Assembly (NCBI GenBank): GCA_041737125.1
Contig: JBGSSJ010000013.1
Coordinates: 6,236 to 70,235, forward strand
DNA length: 64,000 bases
Direction of reading: 5' to 3'
Origin: Minisyncoccia bacterium
GTDB taxonomy: Bacteria > Patescibacteriota > Minisyncoccia > Phycocordibacterales > UBA9973
The position numbers and the translations under genes are program-made. The notes beneath the pieces were generated by a model. The model made no database searches. It had not been told where the DNA came from and saw only the letters and a list, made by a program, of their open reading frames with translations. Positions 10,290-20,269 of this stretch are shown here, one piece after another (the stretch's first letter is position 1; each line of letters begins with the position of its first letter).

Positions 10290-11672
10290 ATGGCAGACAA
10301 AAATAAATCAAATTTAAGAGTTCCTCCTCAGAGTACGGATTCAGAGCGTGCAGTCCTCGGTTCTATAATGCTTCGCCAAGGAGCTATACATGAAGTAAGT
10401 GATATCATTGGCATTGATTCCTTCTATGTGTCGAAGCATGGCGATATCTACAAGATAATGCTAGAGCTTTCCAGCAAAGGTGAACCTATCGATATCATAT
10501 CCTTATCTCATAGATTAGAAGAAAAAGGAATACTAGATAAAGTTGGCGGCAGTAGCTACATCAGTGACCTTGCGAATTCTGTTCCCTCTTCTACGAATAT
10601 TAAACATTATGCTGAAATAGTATCAAAGAAGCATATCCTAAGAAAGATAATAGACGCAGGATCCGATATATCTGAACTTGGCTTCAAAGAAGAAGTTGAG
10701 AACGTGTATGAAATACTTGATCAAGCCGAGAAGCGCATGATGGGTATCGATAATAATACTAGTGGACACGCTTTCTCATCTTTGAAGGAAAGTTTACCTG
10801 AAGCGTGGAATCGTCTAGAGAAGTTGCACGAGAATAAAGGTGAGATTCGTGGAGTGCCTACTGGCTTTCATGATCTTGATCAGTATCTATCTGGGCTTCA
10901 GAAGTCCGACCTTATCATACTTGCTGCTCGTCCTTCTATGGGTAAGACTACTCTCGCACTCGACATCGCTCGCCAAGCAGCCACAAAAAGTAGCATACCT
11001 ACTGTTATATTCTCCCTCGAAATGAGTACACAGCAACTAGTAGACAGATTACTTGCCGCAGAGTCTCGTGTAAATGCATGGAATCTCCGTACTGGTAACT
11101 TATCTGCAGAAAGTGAATTCTCCAAGATTCGTGATTCACTAGACTTACTTTCCAAAGCTCCTATATTCATTGACGATATGGCTGGTAACTCTATCGTGCG
11201 TATGCGCTCAGTCTGCCGTCGTATTCGTGCAGAGAATGGCATAGGGCTTATTATTGTCGATTACTTACAGCTAATGTCTGCTTCGAAGAATTATGACAAT
11301 ATGGTGAACCAAGTTACTGAAATATCTCGCTCACTAAAAGCTCTCGCAAAAGAGTTTGATGTACCAGTACTCGCACTCTCACAGCTTTCTCGTGCGGTGG
11401 AAAGCCGTGGTGGACGACCTCGCCTATCTGACCTCCGTGACTCTGGATCTATCGAGCAGGATGCCGATGTGGTCATGTTCATACACCGTGATGATAAAGG
11501 AAAAGACGAATCTGAGAAGACAAACATAGCAGAGATACTTATAGAGAAGCACAGAAATGGTCCTGTCGGTAAAGTCGACCTATACTTCGATGAGAAGTCT
11601 ACAACATTCATGAGTATGGAGAAGAGTAATCTCAATAGCTTCGCAACTTCTAGTAACTTGAACGATTTCTAA
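10290..11672 (+). CDS. dnaB: replicative DNA helicase DnaB
   Basis: 460 aa. N-terminal DnaB domain (ERAVLGSIM), Walker A ARPSMGKTTLAL, RecA-like C-terminal domain. Confidence 0.9.
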   Translation: MADKNKSNLRVPPQSTDSERAVLGSIMLRQGAIHEVSDIIGIDSFYVSKHGDIYKIMLELSSKGEPIDIISLSHRLEEKGILDKVGGSSYISDLANSVPSSTNIKHYAEIVSKKHILRKIIDAGSDISELGFKEEVENVYEILDQAEKRMMGIDNNTSGHAFSSLKESLPEAWNRLEKLHENKGEIRGVPTGFHDLDQYLSGLQKSDLIILAARPSMGKTTLALDIARQAATKSSIPTVIFSLEMSTQQLVDRLLAAESRVNAWNLRTGNLSAESEFSKIRDSLDLLSKAPIFIDDMAGNSIVRMRSVCRRIRAENGIGLIIVDYLQLMSASKNYDNMVNQVTEISRSLKALAKEFDVPVLALSQLSRAVESRGGRPRLSDLRDSGSIEQDADVVMFIHRDDKGKDESEKTNIAEILIEKHRNGPVGKVDLYFDEKSTTFMSMEKSNLNSFATSSNLNDF

Positions 11673-11680
11673 AAAATAAA

Positions 11681-12295
11681 ATGAATCCGATAGAAAATTT
11701 AGCACAATACTTCAAAGAATTCCCTGGTATCGGTGAGCGCCAAGCAAAGCGCTTTGTATACTTCCTATTACACAAGCATCCGAACTATGCAGAAGACTTG
11801 GGTAAAGCTATTCAAGGTATTAAAAAGCTTATTCACCAGTGTCCTTCATGCTTCCTATTCTTCCAATCAGAGAGGAATACACTTTGCGAGAATTGTAGTA
11901 ATCCGAAAGTTGATCGTACCTCCCTACTGATAATTGAGAAAGATGCTGATTATGAGAGCATCAAGAGAAGTAGAAATTATAGTGGTATGTACTTCATACT
12001 CGGTGGACTTGTGCCTATAGTCACGAAAGACACACCTAACTTCGTCCGCACAAAGGAATTACTGAAAACTATAGAAGAACGTGCAAAGAATGATGACTTG
12101 AAAGAAGTAATCATAGCACTGTCACTTAATCCTCAAGGTGAGCACACCGATAGCTACCTGCGTGAAATACTGGTAAACTTGAAGGATAAATATAACTTCA
12201 ACATAGTATCCCTCGGTCGTGGACTCTCCACCGGCACCGAGCTTGAATACTCTGATAGTGAGACTATAAAAAACGCACTAAAGAATAGAGCATAA
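11681..12295 (+). CDS. recR: recombination protein RecR
   Basis: 204 aa. HhH start (FPGIGERQAKRF), C4 zinc finger CPSCF...CENC, Toprim C-terminus. Confidence 0.9.
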   Translation: MNPIENLAQYFKEFPGIGERQAKRFVYFLLHKHPNYAEDLGKAIQGIKKLIHQCPSCFLFFQSERNTLCENCSNPKVDRTSLLIIEKDADYESIKRSRNYSGMYFILGGLVPIVTKDTPNFVRTKELLKTIEERAKNDDLKEVIIALSLNPQGEHTDSYLREILVNLKDKYNFNIVSLGRGLSTGTELEYSDSETIKNALKNRA

Positions 12296-12302
12296 AAAAA
12301 AT

Positions 12303-12326
12303 AAAACTCCTCAATTGAGGAGTTTT
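12303..12326. terminator. bidirectional rho-independent terminator between recR and rplU
   Basis: aaaactcctc-aatt-gaggagtttt flanked by A and T runs. Confidence 0.8.
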
Positions 12327-12337
12327 ATTTTTTAATA

Positions 12338-12700
12338 TTATTTAATTGCTGAGATTTTTACTTCGATGAAAGGTTGGCGGTGGCCGTTGCGCTTGATGTA
12401 GCGAGACTTCTGTTTGTACTTTACCACTTTAACTGTTTTACCGCGGCCTGCCTTTTGGAATATTGATTCAACTTGCGCTTTAGCAATATAAGGTGATCCG
12501 ATAGTAGTATCTATGCCATTATCTACAAGTAATACCTTATCGAATACGATTTTGTCTCCGGCTGTGAATTCGCCGTCTAATTTCTCTATTTTGAGGACGT
12601 CACCTACAGCCACTTTGTACTGCTTGCCGCCTGTTTCTATTACAGCAAATTCTGTATTTTCTGCGTCTTGCTTTTTAGTTGTCTTTGTTGTATTTGCCAT
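12338..12700 (-). CDS. rplU: 50S ribosomal protein L21
   Basis: FAVIETGGKQYKV core plus a basic N-terminal extension. Confidence 0.85.
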   Translation of the reverse strand: MANTTKTTKKQDAENTEFAVIETGGKQYKVAVGDVLKIEKLDGEFTAGDKIVFDKVLLVDNGIDTTIGSPYIAKAQVESIFQKAGRGKTVKVVKYKQKSRYIKRNGHRQPFIEVKISAIK

Positions 12701-12793
12701 AAATTTGTTATTAGTAGATAAGCCTTATTTAATAAGATTTCTACAGGACATATAATACACAAAAGTTTCAAAAATTGCAAGCGGGGTGTTATA

Positions 12794-13243
12794 ATGCAAA
12801 ACATGATATCAAAGTACACTTATAAGGGCCTGACTTGGGTCGACCTCGAAGCCCCTACCCGGGAGGAACTATCGCATGTACTTGAAAGTAAGTCCGAGAA
12901 TGCGCTCCACTTCATAGTCGGCGATAACACACTTATAACAAGCCGTAAATACACCACTCCCGAAATCAAAAACTTCGCTAAAAATTTCGAAATGAATCTA
13001 GCCCTTGAGCGACCTGTTCAGATAGATAATATTGACTTACTATTTCTTGAAATTATTAACTTCTTCCGTACGCATGCTGAAAATAGCAAATATAGTGAGC
13101 AACTCGCGCAGAAGCATGATGAAGTGTCGTACTTACTAGAAGAGAATGATAGACTAGTGAGAAGGTACAATAAGAAAATATTTTATTTGAAGATTATTAT
13201 ACTTGTAGCTATTATTACAATAATTTATATACTATGGCGTTAA
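12794..13243 (+). CDS. hypothetical protein with one C-terminal TM helix; N-terminus faintly CorA-like
   Basis: 149 aa. GLTWVDLEAPTREELSHV resembles the CorA N-terminal start, but there is no GMN motif and no second TM. Confidence 0.35.
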   Translation: MQNMISKYTYKGLTWVDLEAPTREELSHVLESKSENALHFIVGDNTLITSRKYTTPEIKNFAKNFEMNLALERPVQIDNIDLLFLEIINFFRTHAENSKYSEQLAQKHDEVSYLLEENDRLVRRYNKKIFYLKIIILVAIITIIYILWR

Positions 13244-14613
13244 AACTTTACAACTCATTATCACGCGAATTAGAAGACTTCGAGCCTATAAACCCTGGTG
13301 AAGCGAGCTTATATACCTGTGGACCTACAGTTTATAACTATCCTCATATTGGGAACTACCGCGCTTATATTTTCGGCGATATTTTAAAGAGATATCTAAA
13401 ATACAGCGGATACGAGGTCAAACATATTATGAATATTACAGACATAGATGACAAAACTATTCGTGATTCTATAGCCCAAGGTAAAAATTTGAAAGAATTT
13501 ACAGAATTCTATACTGAAGAATTTTATAAGGATAGAGATGCTCTCCATATAATTCCCGCAGATAAGTACACAAAGGCTACAGATTATGTAAAAGAAATGC
13601 TTGAACTTACAGAGAAGTTAGTAGAGAAAGGCTATGCATATATGACAGATGATGGATCTGCTTATTTCTCTATAGAGAAAGATAAAGAATATGGTAAGCT
13701 TTCACATTTTACCCTCTCTGACCTGAAAGAAAACGCCAAAGGACGAATGAAGAAGGATGAGTACGATAAAGAAAGTGCTCAAGACTTCGCATTATGGAAA
13801 GCATGGGATGCCAACGATGGTGATGTGTTCTGGAATCCGAGTGAACTACTTGGCACAGAGACGGAGCTTGCAAAGGGTCGCCCAGGCTGGCACATAGAAT
13901 GCTCAGCCATGAGTATAGCCGAGCTTGGCGAAAGTTTTGATTTACATACTGGTGGAGTAGACAATATGTTCCCCCATCACGAGAACGAGATAGCTCAATC
14001 CGAATGTGCTACAGGTAAAGAGTTCGTAAAGTATTGGATGCACAACGAGCACCTCATGGTAGATGGCAAGAAGATGGCAAAGTCCGCAGGTAACTTCTAT
14101 ACACTTCGTGACCTTATAGATAAAAGCATTGAGCCACTAGCATTCCGTTTATGGCTCTATACTGCCCACTATCGAACGAAAACAAATTTCACACTGGATG
14201 CTGTCACTGGCAGTGGAAGTGCTCTTAGGCGTATATATGAATCATATAAAGCACTTGGTGATGCAGTAGGTAAAGTATCAACTGAATATAAAGAGAAACT
14301 GATAGAGATAATGGATAATGACTTAGATACTCCGAAGGCTCTTGCACTGCTTTTCGACTTAGTAAAAGATAGCTCTGTGTCAGATAATGACAAGAAGGCT
14401 ACGATGCTCGACTTCGATCAAGTATTCGGCTTCGGATTAATTGAACTCAAAGAAGATGTTATTCCTGAAGAAGTAATGGCTCTTGCGGATAATCGCGAGA
14501 ATGCTCGCCAAAATAAAGATTGGGCAAAGAGTGATGAACTCCGCATGCAAATCAAATCACTCGGCTATGAAATAAAAGACGAAGAAGGAGGGTATAAAAT
14601 TTCAAAGATGTAA
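13234..14613 (+). CDS. cysS: cysteinyl-tRNA synthetase
   Basis: YTCGPTVYNYPHIGNYR (HIGH), zinc ligands including HIECSAM, and KMAKSAGN. Confidence 0.92.
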   Translation: MALKLYNSLSRELEDFEPINPGEASLYTCGPTVYNYPHIGNYRAYIFGDILKRYLKYSGYEVKHIMNITDIDDKTIRDSIAQGKNLKEFTEFYTEEFYKDRDALHIIPADKYTKATDYVKEMLELTEKLVEKGYAYMTDDGSAYFSIEKDKEYGKLSHFTLSDLKENAKGRMKKDEYDKESAQDFALWKAWDANDGDVFWNPSELLGTETELAKGRPGWHIECSAMSIAELGESFDLHTGGVDNMFPHHENEIAQSECATGKEFVKYWMHNEHLMVDGKKMAKSAGNFYTLRDLIDKSIEPLAFRLWLYTAHYRTKTNFTLDAVTGSGSALRRIYESYKALGDAVGKVSTEYKEKLIEIMDNDLDTPKALALLFDLVKDSSVSDNDKKATMLDFDQVFGFGLIELKEDVIPEEVMALADNRENARQNKDWAKSDELRMQIKSLGYEIKDEEGGYKISKM

Positions 14614-14647
14614 TAAAAAACTGTAGGAGTGATTCCTACAGTTTTTT
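14614..14647. terminator. bidirectional terminator between cysS and the histidine kinase gene
   Basis: aaaaaa-ctgtagga-gtgat-tcctacag-tttttt. Confidence 0.8.
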
Positions 14648-14648
14648 A

Positions 14649-16334
14649 TTATTTCATTAATTTAAGTTCGAAGTAGAAAGTGGAGCCTTTGCCCATGCCT
14701 TCTGAGTCTACACCTATAGTACCTTTGTGGGCTTCTATAATTTCCTTTGCTAAGTAGAGTCCAAGTCCTGATCCGCCAGTATTCATACGAGCGCCATCAC
14801 CACGAGCGAATTTCTGGAATAGTGTTACCTTTGTTTCTGGAGTCATACCCATACCTGTATCCTTCACAGAAAATACGACTTTCGTTCCCTTCTTCTCTAC
14901 AGATACATGTATAGTACCTACCTTTGTATATTTTATAGAGTTATCAATGAGGTTCAACACAACTTGGCGAATCTTCTCTTTGTCACCATTTACCATATAC
15001 TCCTTATCTCCTGCTTCAAAAGTAAGTTCTACTCCTTTATCCTTTGCAGTTATAGATAGATCGTTTGCCATGCTTTCAGATATTTCTACAAGGTTGAATG
15101 GTTCCATCACGAACTTGAGTCCTCCTTGCTCAATCTTTGATACATTTAATAAATCTTCCACAATCTTTGTGAGATTTATACTAGATTGGAAAACTTTGCT
15201 CATGGCCTCCTTTGCTTCATCATTTATAGTCCCATAGTCCCCGTCTACAATCATAGAAATATAACCTTTAATAGCAGTTAGTGGACTACGAAGCTGATGA
15301 GATGCAAGGCCCAGGAACTCTGTTTTTAATTTATCCAAATCTTTAAGCTTGTCATTTGCATGCTCAAGTTTAATATTTGATTCTTCAAGCCTAGACTTTG
15401 AAGCTTCAAGTTGGACAGACAATTGTTCAATCTTTACACGCTGATCACTTTCTCTTTTTAAATTACGATATAGGATCACACTTAGTATAAGAGTGAATAA
15501 AACAGTAATAGATGTAAGTAGGACATCAACTCCTCCATCCACAAAGAATAATTGACCTCCCATCAGAATCACTAGTCCTCCCACAAGATAGTGAGTTCCC
15601 AATATGTGGAATTTAAATATATCTAATTCAAATACTGCATAAATAATGGCAACTAGGAATACCGGTAGAATAAAGAGACTATAAAGATTGTATTCGTAGA
15701 TACCAGTAACTGAAGCATAATATTCAGTTCCACCAAATATGGAAAAGAATAGTAAAATGGAGCCCAACACTATTAAATCCGCTTTTCTGTGGCCAGGAGC
15801 TTGTTTAATAAAAAACGTACGAATCATATAACCAAGTATGACCAAGCCAATAATGCTCTCAATTATTAGTTTATAATTATCCAAGAAGACATTATTATAT
15901 GCTTCACATACAGACTGATCAAATCCAACAACTGAACCTTGAGTTATAGTAATCAGAAAAGGTACAACTAAGACTAAAGAAAATATTATTTTTAAATACC
16001 ATTTTACATCTCTTTCGCGAACGAAAGCTAAAATAAAATATAAACCCAATATATAAAATGTTAATTCAATATAAACTAAAGATGACCATACAGCATATAC
16101 AAGATAATAATTGTTAGAACTCCAAATGATAACATCTCCTAGTAACCATAAACAGAACATTGCTACAAAGGATAAAAATATTTTAGAAAAAGTATTAAAC
16201 TTCGCTTTAAAAGATACAAACAAGGCAAGAGAAAGAGACAATATCATTGGAATAATATGGGAGTAATTGGCAATCACTCTTAGGTCGCTTGTAGTTGCGT
16301 AGCAAGTATTAATAATCGTAGCTAAATTTTCCAT
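14649..16334 (-). CDS. sensor histidine kinase with polytopic N-terminal sensor domain
   Basis: 561 aa. About 8 TM helices, coiled coil, HisKA H-box LGLASHQLRSPLTAIKGY, HATPase_c blocks (N, G1 DTGMGM, G2 GGSGLGL). No response regulator nearby. Confidence 0.85.
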   Translation of the reverse strand: MENLATIINTCYATTSDLRVIANYSHIIPMILSLSLALFVSFKAKFNTFSKIFLSFVAMFCLWLLGDVIIWSSNNYYLVYAVWSSLVYIELTFYILGLYFILAFVRERDVKWYLKIIFSLVLVVPFLITITQGSVVGFDQSVCEAYNNVFLDNYKLIIESIIGLVILGYMIRTFFIKQAPGHRKADLIVLGSILLFFSIFGGTEYYASVTGIYEYNLYSLFILPVFLVAIIYAVFELDIFKFHILGTHYLVGGLVILMGGQLFFVDGGVDVLLTSITVLFTLILSVILYRNLKRESDQRVKIEQLSVQLEASKSRLEESNIKLEHANDKLKDLDKLKTEFLGLASHQLRSPLTAIKGYISMIVDGDYGTINDEAKEAMSKVFQSSINLTKIVEDLLNVSKIEQGGLKFVMEPFNLVEISESMANDLSITAKDKGVELTFEAGDKEYMVNGDKEKIRQVVLNLIDNSIKYTKVGTIHVSVEKKGTKVVFSVKDTGMGMTPETKVTLFQKFARGDGARMNTGGSGLGLYLAKEIIEAHKGTIGVDSEGMGKGSTFYFELKLMK

Positions 16335-16335
16335 T

Positions 16336-17139
16336 TTATTTTTTGGGGATTAAATTTTTAACCAATTCATTATAGCAAATCCAATGCGAATCTGTCTCTA
16401 TCTCAAGTGGACCTATTGGTACTATCAATGGCTTATGCCCAGTAGTTTTCGTGACATAATCAATAGCTGGGAGCACCACCTCGCGACTAAACTCACCGTC
16501 CTCATCATCTAGTAAGAAATTCTCAAATAGTATTCCATGGCAAAGAAATAATAAAAAGAAATTTTTATAATATATTTTCGCTCCTCCTCCATTATTTTTA
16601 AACCAACTTGATGCTTCGTAGAAATTTAATTTTGAAATCTCATAATTATGAAAAAGTTTTCTATGGAAATCTTGAAGCGGCTCACCCCATAAAGTCTTTA
16701 CATCTTTCAATTTTTCTCCATCATATTCATTAAAATCAACAATAGTAAATTTTTCTATTGGATAAATATCATTTTTATTAGCATCCCCATGTACTCGGAG
16801 TTGACCAAGTGAGTGCTTAAATTCATTATTGGAAGTAAATTTATCATCTAAATATTCAAAAAATACAGTTTTTAAATTATGATCATTCGTAATAGATATG
16901 AAATGCCTTGCATCATGGTTAGGTGTCGCAATCTGGCGAAACTGTACTCCACATGGTCCATTCTGTTTAAGTACTTCTGGTATATCGCCTTTTAGCAATT
17001 CTTCAATTTTGATCATTAAAGATGGATCTTTTTTTCTATCCTCTAGGATTTTAAGTGCTGCTGATAAGGGAGTATAAACGAAATCGTTAAAAAGACTTCG
17101 ATTAGACATGATCTTGTTATAGTCAGTTTCTTGATCCAT
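16336..17139 (-). CDS. hypothetical protein
   Basis: 267 aa soluble protein with no motif I recognise. One nucleotide separates it from the histidine kinase gene, so co-transcription is likely. Confidence 0.4.
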   Translation of the reverse strand: MDQETDYNKIMSNRSLFNDFVYTPLSAALKILEDRKKDPSLMIKIEELLKGDIPEVLKQNGPCGVQFRQIATPNHDARHFISITNDHNLKTVFFEYLDDKFTSNNEFKHSLGQLRVHGDANKNDIYPIEKFTIVDFNEYDGEKLKDVKTLWGEPLQDFHRKLFHNYEISKLNFYEASSWFKNNGGGAKIYYKNFFLLFLCHGILFENFLLDDEDGEFSREVVLPAIDYVTKTTGHKPLIVPIGPLEIETDSHWICYNELVKNLIPKK

Positions 17140-17140
17140 A

Positions 17141-17566
17141 TTATTGATTTTCGTCTTCTCTTATAGTTTCTGAATCTACTATTGTAGACTCTTCTTCATT
17201 TAATACAGATTCAGGGAAAAGACATAGCTCACCTTCTATATCTTCTTCTGTACATTCAGTTTTCACACATGAATCGGCGTTTTCCTTACAGAAATTTGTA
17301 CAATCTTCATTTTCACACATAGCAAAGTCGTTTGCATTTATGGTGTATTTACTATAATAAGAAAGATTATTTGGAGGACATTCATCAGCAATACTACAGT
17401 CTCGATAAAAACAAGTCTCACTTGTACTATCACAATTAGTTTCCACAATGAAATAATAGTCCTTTTTCAAATAGAAATTATAAAAAGAAACAGCCACTAC
17501 AACAAAGCAACTAAATAGTAATATATAGATAAATGTATTGTGACTTTTAATATCTTCTTCTGGCAT
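17141..17566 (-). CDS. membrane-anchored Cys-rich acidic protein (hypothetical)
   Basis: 141 aa. N-terminal TM (FIYILLFSCFVVVAVSF), then a 12-Cys extracytoplasmic region with an acidic tail. Confidence 0.4.
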   Translation of the reverse strand: MPEEDIKSHNTFIYILLFSCFVVVAVSFYNFYLKKDYYFIVETNCDSTSETCFYRDCSIADECPPNNLSYYSKYTINANDFAMCENEDCTNFCKENADSCVKTECTEEDIEGELCLFPESVLNEEESTIVDSETIREDENQ

Positions 17567-17586
17567 ATATATATTTTACCACAGTA

Positions 17587-18525
17587 TTAGCTAAATAAGA
17601 ATATACTTCCGACAATCATAACTCCGATTGCAATTATTTTTGGTACCAGGACTTTCTTTGAAAGATTTTCCTTGACGATATGAGGAAGGAACTTTGTTCC
17701 GAGTACAGTGAGAATCAGTACTATCGCTGGCTGGAATGTGCCCACGAGGTAAACCATAGTTACTGGAGCAAGAAGTAAAGCAAAGTTCGTCAGTAGATTA
17801 CCAGAGACAGTAGCAAGCTCACTTATAGTATTGACTATGAATATTTTCACCCCGCCTTTATGGTTCATATTCATAAATTCACGCCTATACTTCGGCACGA
17901 ATAAGTATATGATTATCCCTGTAATACCAAGCCCAACATATTCCCAGAAAGAAGAAACCCAGAAATCCCCTTCTATGGTAACGTATTTAAATATTATTCC
18001 AGATAATGCTACAAGTATGCACGCAAGTAACATATAGAAAACGGGCTTCCTTTTTATCTGCCTCTTCTCTGCACTAAAATCAATAGAAAGTAATACTAAG
18101 CCCAAGAGCATAATAATAGTTCCTAGTATCTGATTGCTGGTCAAAACCTCGTCCAAGAATATATATCCAAATATATATCCAAACATTGGCACAGTTAGGA
18201 ACCACGGCACAATGTTTGAAACTTCTTCTACCTCAAGTGCATACAAATAAAGCACGACCCATATAATAGTAAGAAGTCCAGTGAAAAGTAATAGAAAGAT
18301 ATCGGAACTTGGTATATCAAATAATCCTCTTACAAATATTGCAATGAGTATGGCGATGACTATACCAATAAGACTAGAGAATAACACTAAACCACCAGAA
18401 CTATGTTCCTTTTCTTTATCTGAATATTTAGAGATAAGGTATTGATCAGCAATATTCACCAATGCCCACAAGAATGTGGCTCCAAGTGCAATGAAAAACC
18501 AGTTCATATTGCATAATAATAACAT
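17587..18525 (-). CDS. EamA/DMT-family transporter
   Basis: 312 aa, about 10 TM helices, with the duplicated EamA-domain pattern. Confidence 0.7.
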   Translation of the reverse strand: MLLLCNMNWFFIALGATFLWALVNIADQYLISKYSDKEKEHSSGGLVLFSSLIGIVIAILIAIFVRGLFDIPSSDIFLLLFTGLLTIIWVVLYLYALEVEEVSNIVPWFLTVPMFGYIFGYIFLDEVLTSNQILGTIIMLLGLVLLSIDFSAEKRQIKRKPVFYMLLACILVALSGIIFKYVTIEGDFWVSSFWEYVGLGITGIIIYLFVPKYRREFMNMNHKGGVKIFIVNTISELATVSGNLLTNFALLLAPVTMVYLVGTFQPAIVLILTVLGTKFLPHIVKENLSKKVLVPKIIAIGVMIVGSIFLFS

Positions 18526-18566
18526 TTTTTGTAGTATTAGACCATTAGTATAAATATAAAATTATT

Positions 18567-19457
18567 ATGGTAGATTCAATAATCAGTGCAAAGAAAGTAG
18601 ATGATGCAGATGTAGTAATACTATCAGCAGCATACGAGAAAACAGCATCAAGTCGGAAAGGCACAGCCAGTGGACCAAAGGCTGTTATTAAGATGCTTGA
18701 TAGTAAGCTTGAACTTTTCGATAGAACTTATAAGAAAAATGTTTGCGACTTTGTAAAAATAGCCCATAAAGATGTGGGTTCTATTAATAATATATCTCCA
18801 CAAAAAGCACTAGATAGAATAGTAAATGAATCAACTAAAATTCTAGATAAGAATAAGTTTGTATTTCTCCTCGGTGGTGAGCACTCTGTGTCATTAGGAT
18901 TACTTACAGCATTATCTAGAAAGTTTGATCCCAAAGATGTCACAGTATTACAGATAGATGCGCATTGTGATCTTCGTAATGATGATAGTGATTACAGTGA
19001 TAACCCTACGAACCTTGCTCACTCTTGTGTGCTTCGCAGAGTAAATGAACTAGGCTATCCTTTAGTTCAAGTAGGTATCCGTACATACTATAAAGGCGAA
19101 TATGAGTACTTTTCTAATCCCAAAAATAATATAACGACTTTTGAATGGGGTAATAAAAATAAAATACCAAGTATAGACGATGTATTAAAATCAATTAAAA
19201 CTAAATATGTATATATTACAATCGATGTCGATGGATTCGACCCTAGCGTGATGCCTGGTACTGGTACTGCAGTCCAAGGAGGACTCGAGTGGTTGTATGG
19301 AGTAGAATTACTAGAACAAATTATTAAGTCTAAAGAATTAATAGGAGCAGATATAGTAGAAGTATCCCCTATGAAAGATTCCATCCTCACAGAGTATGGA
19401 GCAGCTCAGTTATTATATGGAATGATTGCTCACAAATACAGAAATAAATTAATATAA
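18567..19457 (+). CDS. speB: agmatinase / arginase-family ureohydrolase
   Basis: GGEHSVSLG, QIDAHCDLR and ITIDVDGFDPSVMPGTGT are the Mn-binding motifs of the arginase/agmatinase family. Confidence 0.8.
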   Translation: MVDSIISAKKVDDADVVILSAAYEKTASSRKGTASGPKAVIKMLDSKLELFDRTYKKNVCDFVKIAHKDVGSINNISPQKALDRIVNESTKILDKNKFVFLLGGEHSVSLGLLTALSRKFDPKDVTVLQIDAHCDLRNDDSDYSDNPTNLAHSCVLRRVNELGYPLVQVGIRTYYKGEYEYFSNPKNNITTFEWGNKNKIPSIDDVLKSIKTKYVYITIDVDGFDPSVMPGTGTAVQGGLEWLYGVELLEQIIKSKELIGADIVEVSPMKDSILTEYGAAQLLYGMIAHKYRNKLI

Positions 19458-19460
19458 AAT

Positions 19461-19492
19461 AAAATCCCATTAAATTTACTTAATGGGATTTT
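19461..19492. terminator. bidirectional terminator between speB and the DUF62 gene
   Basis: aaaatcccattaa-atttac-ttaatgggatttt. Confidence 0.8.
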
Positions 19493-19495
19493 ATT

Positions 19496-20266
19496 TTATA
19501 TTTTCGTTCCTACTTCTAAGTTAAGAATTTTCGATGCAGGTTGCCTCTGGACTACGATCTCTACAAATCTCTTATCTTTATAACCGGAGCTCCCTTTCGT
19601 AAAGTAGCCTTTGCCATCTTTGGGCACATCCGTCAGTCTTTCTATAAATTCATAAGGCAATGTTGTATGATTTGTAAATTCTGAGCCTTCTTCGCATACG
19701 ATAGTAGTTTTACAATTACCAAAGCAATCCACATACCAGACATAGTTCTCATCACCGAAGTCATAAACTTCACCATTCTTCGCATTAATTTCTTTGCCTT
19801 GATAAATCCAATTCGTAAGGTGGGGCAAATATTCGAAGCTTCGGAATTGTGATAACGATATCCTCTTTGCTTCTGCTTCAGGCAAGAATTGTACACATAC
19901 AGTATAAACATCTGTTTCGGATATTTCGGATATAAGTCCTAGCTTCTTGGCTAGTGTAAAACAATTCGGTGTACCAATAACTGTAATTTTTCCAATTTTA
20001 CCAAAGCAAAATGGTATGCCATTGGGATATCTTTCCTTCGCACCCCTAGGTGCTACATTGACCACAATAATACCCTCTGTGTCATTATATGCATCTAGTG
20101 CATCAATAAAACAACCAGAAGCTTCAAGCTCCCCTTTAGCACCAAGATCATTGTTAATACCTATAAATGTTATATTTGTAGTATTACCCAAAAGAGCTTT
20201 GTATCTTATTTCTTGGCGACTACGAGCATTCGCATCCGCACAATCTGAAATGATAGTTATCTGCAT
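19496..20266 (-). CDS. DUF62 / SAM hydroxide adenosyltransferase-like protein (SalL/FlA fold)
   Basis: 256 aa. N-terminus ITIISDCAD (compare I-x-x-x-SDFG) and IIVVNVAPRG (compare VVDPGVG) resemble the SAM hydrolase family. Based on recalled family signatures only. Confidence 0.45.
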   Translation of the reverse strand: MQITIISDCADANARSRQEIRYKALLGNTTNITFIGINNDLGAKGELEASGCFIDALDAYNDTEGIIVVNVAPRGAKERYPNGIPFCFGKIGKITVIGTPNCFTLAKKLGLISEISETDVYTVCVQFLPEAEAKRISLSQFRSFEYLPHLTNWIYQGKEINAKNGEVYDFGDENYVWYVDCFGNCKTTIVCEEGSEFTNHTTLPYEFIERLTDVPKDGKGYFTKGSSGYKDKRFVEIVVQRQPASKILNLEVGTKI

Positions 20267-20269
20267 ATA

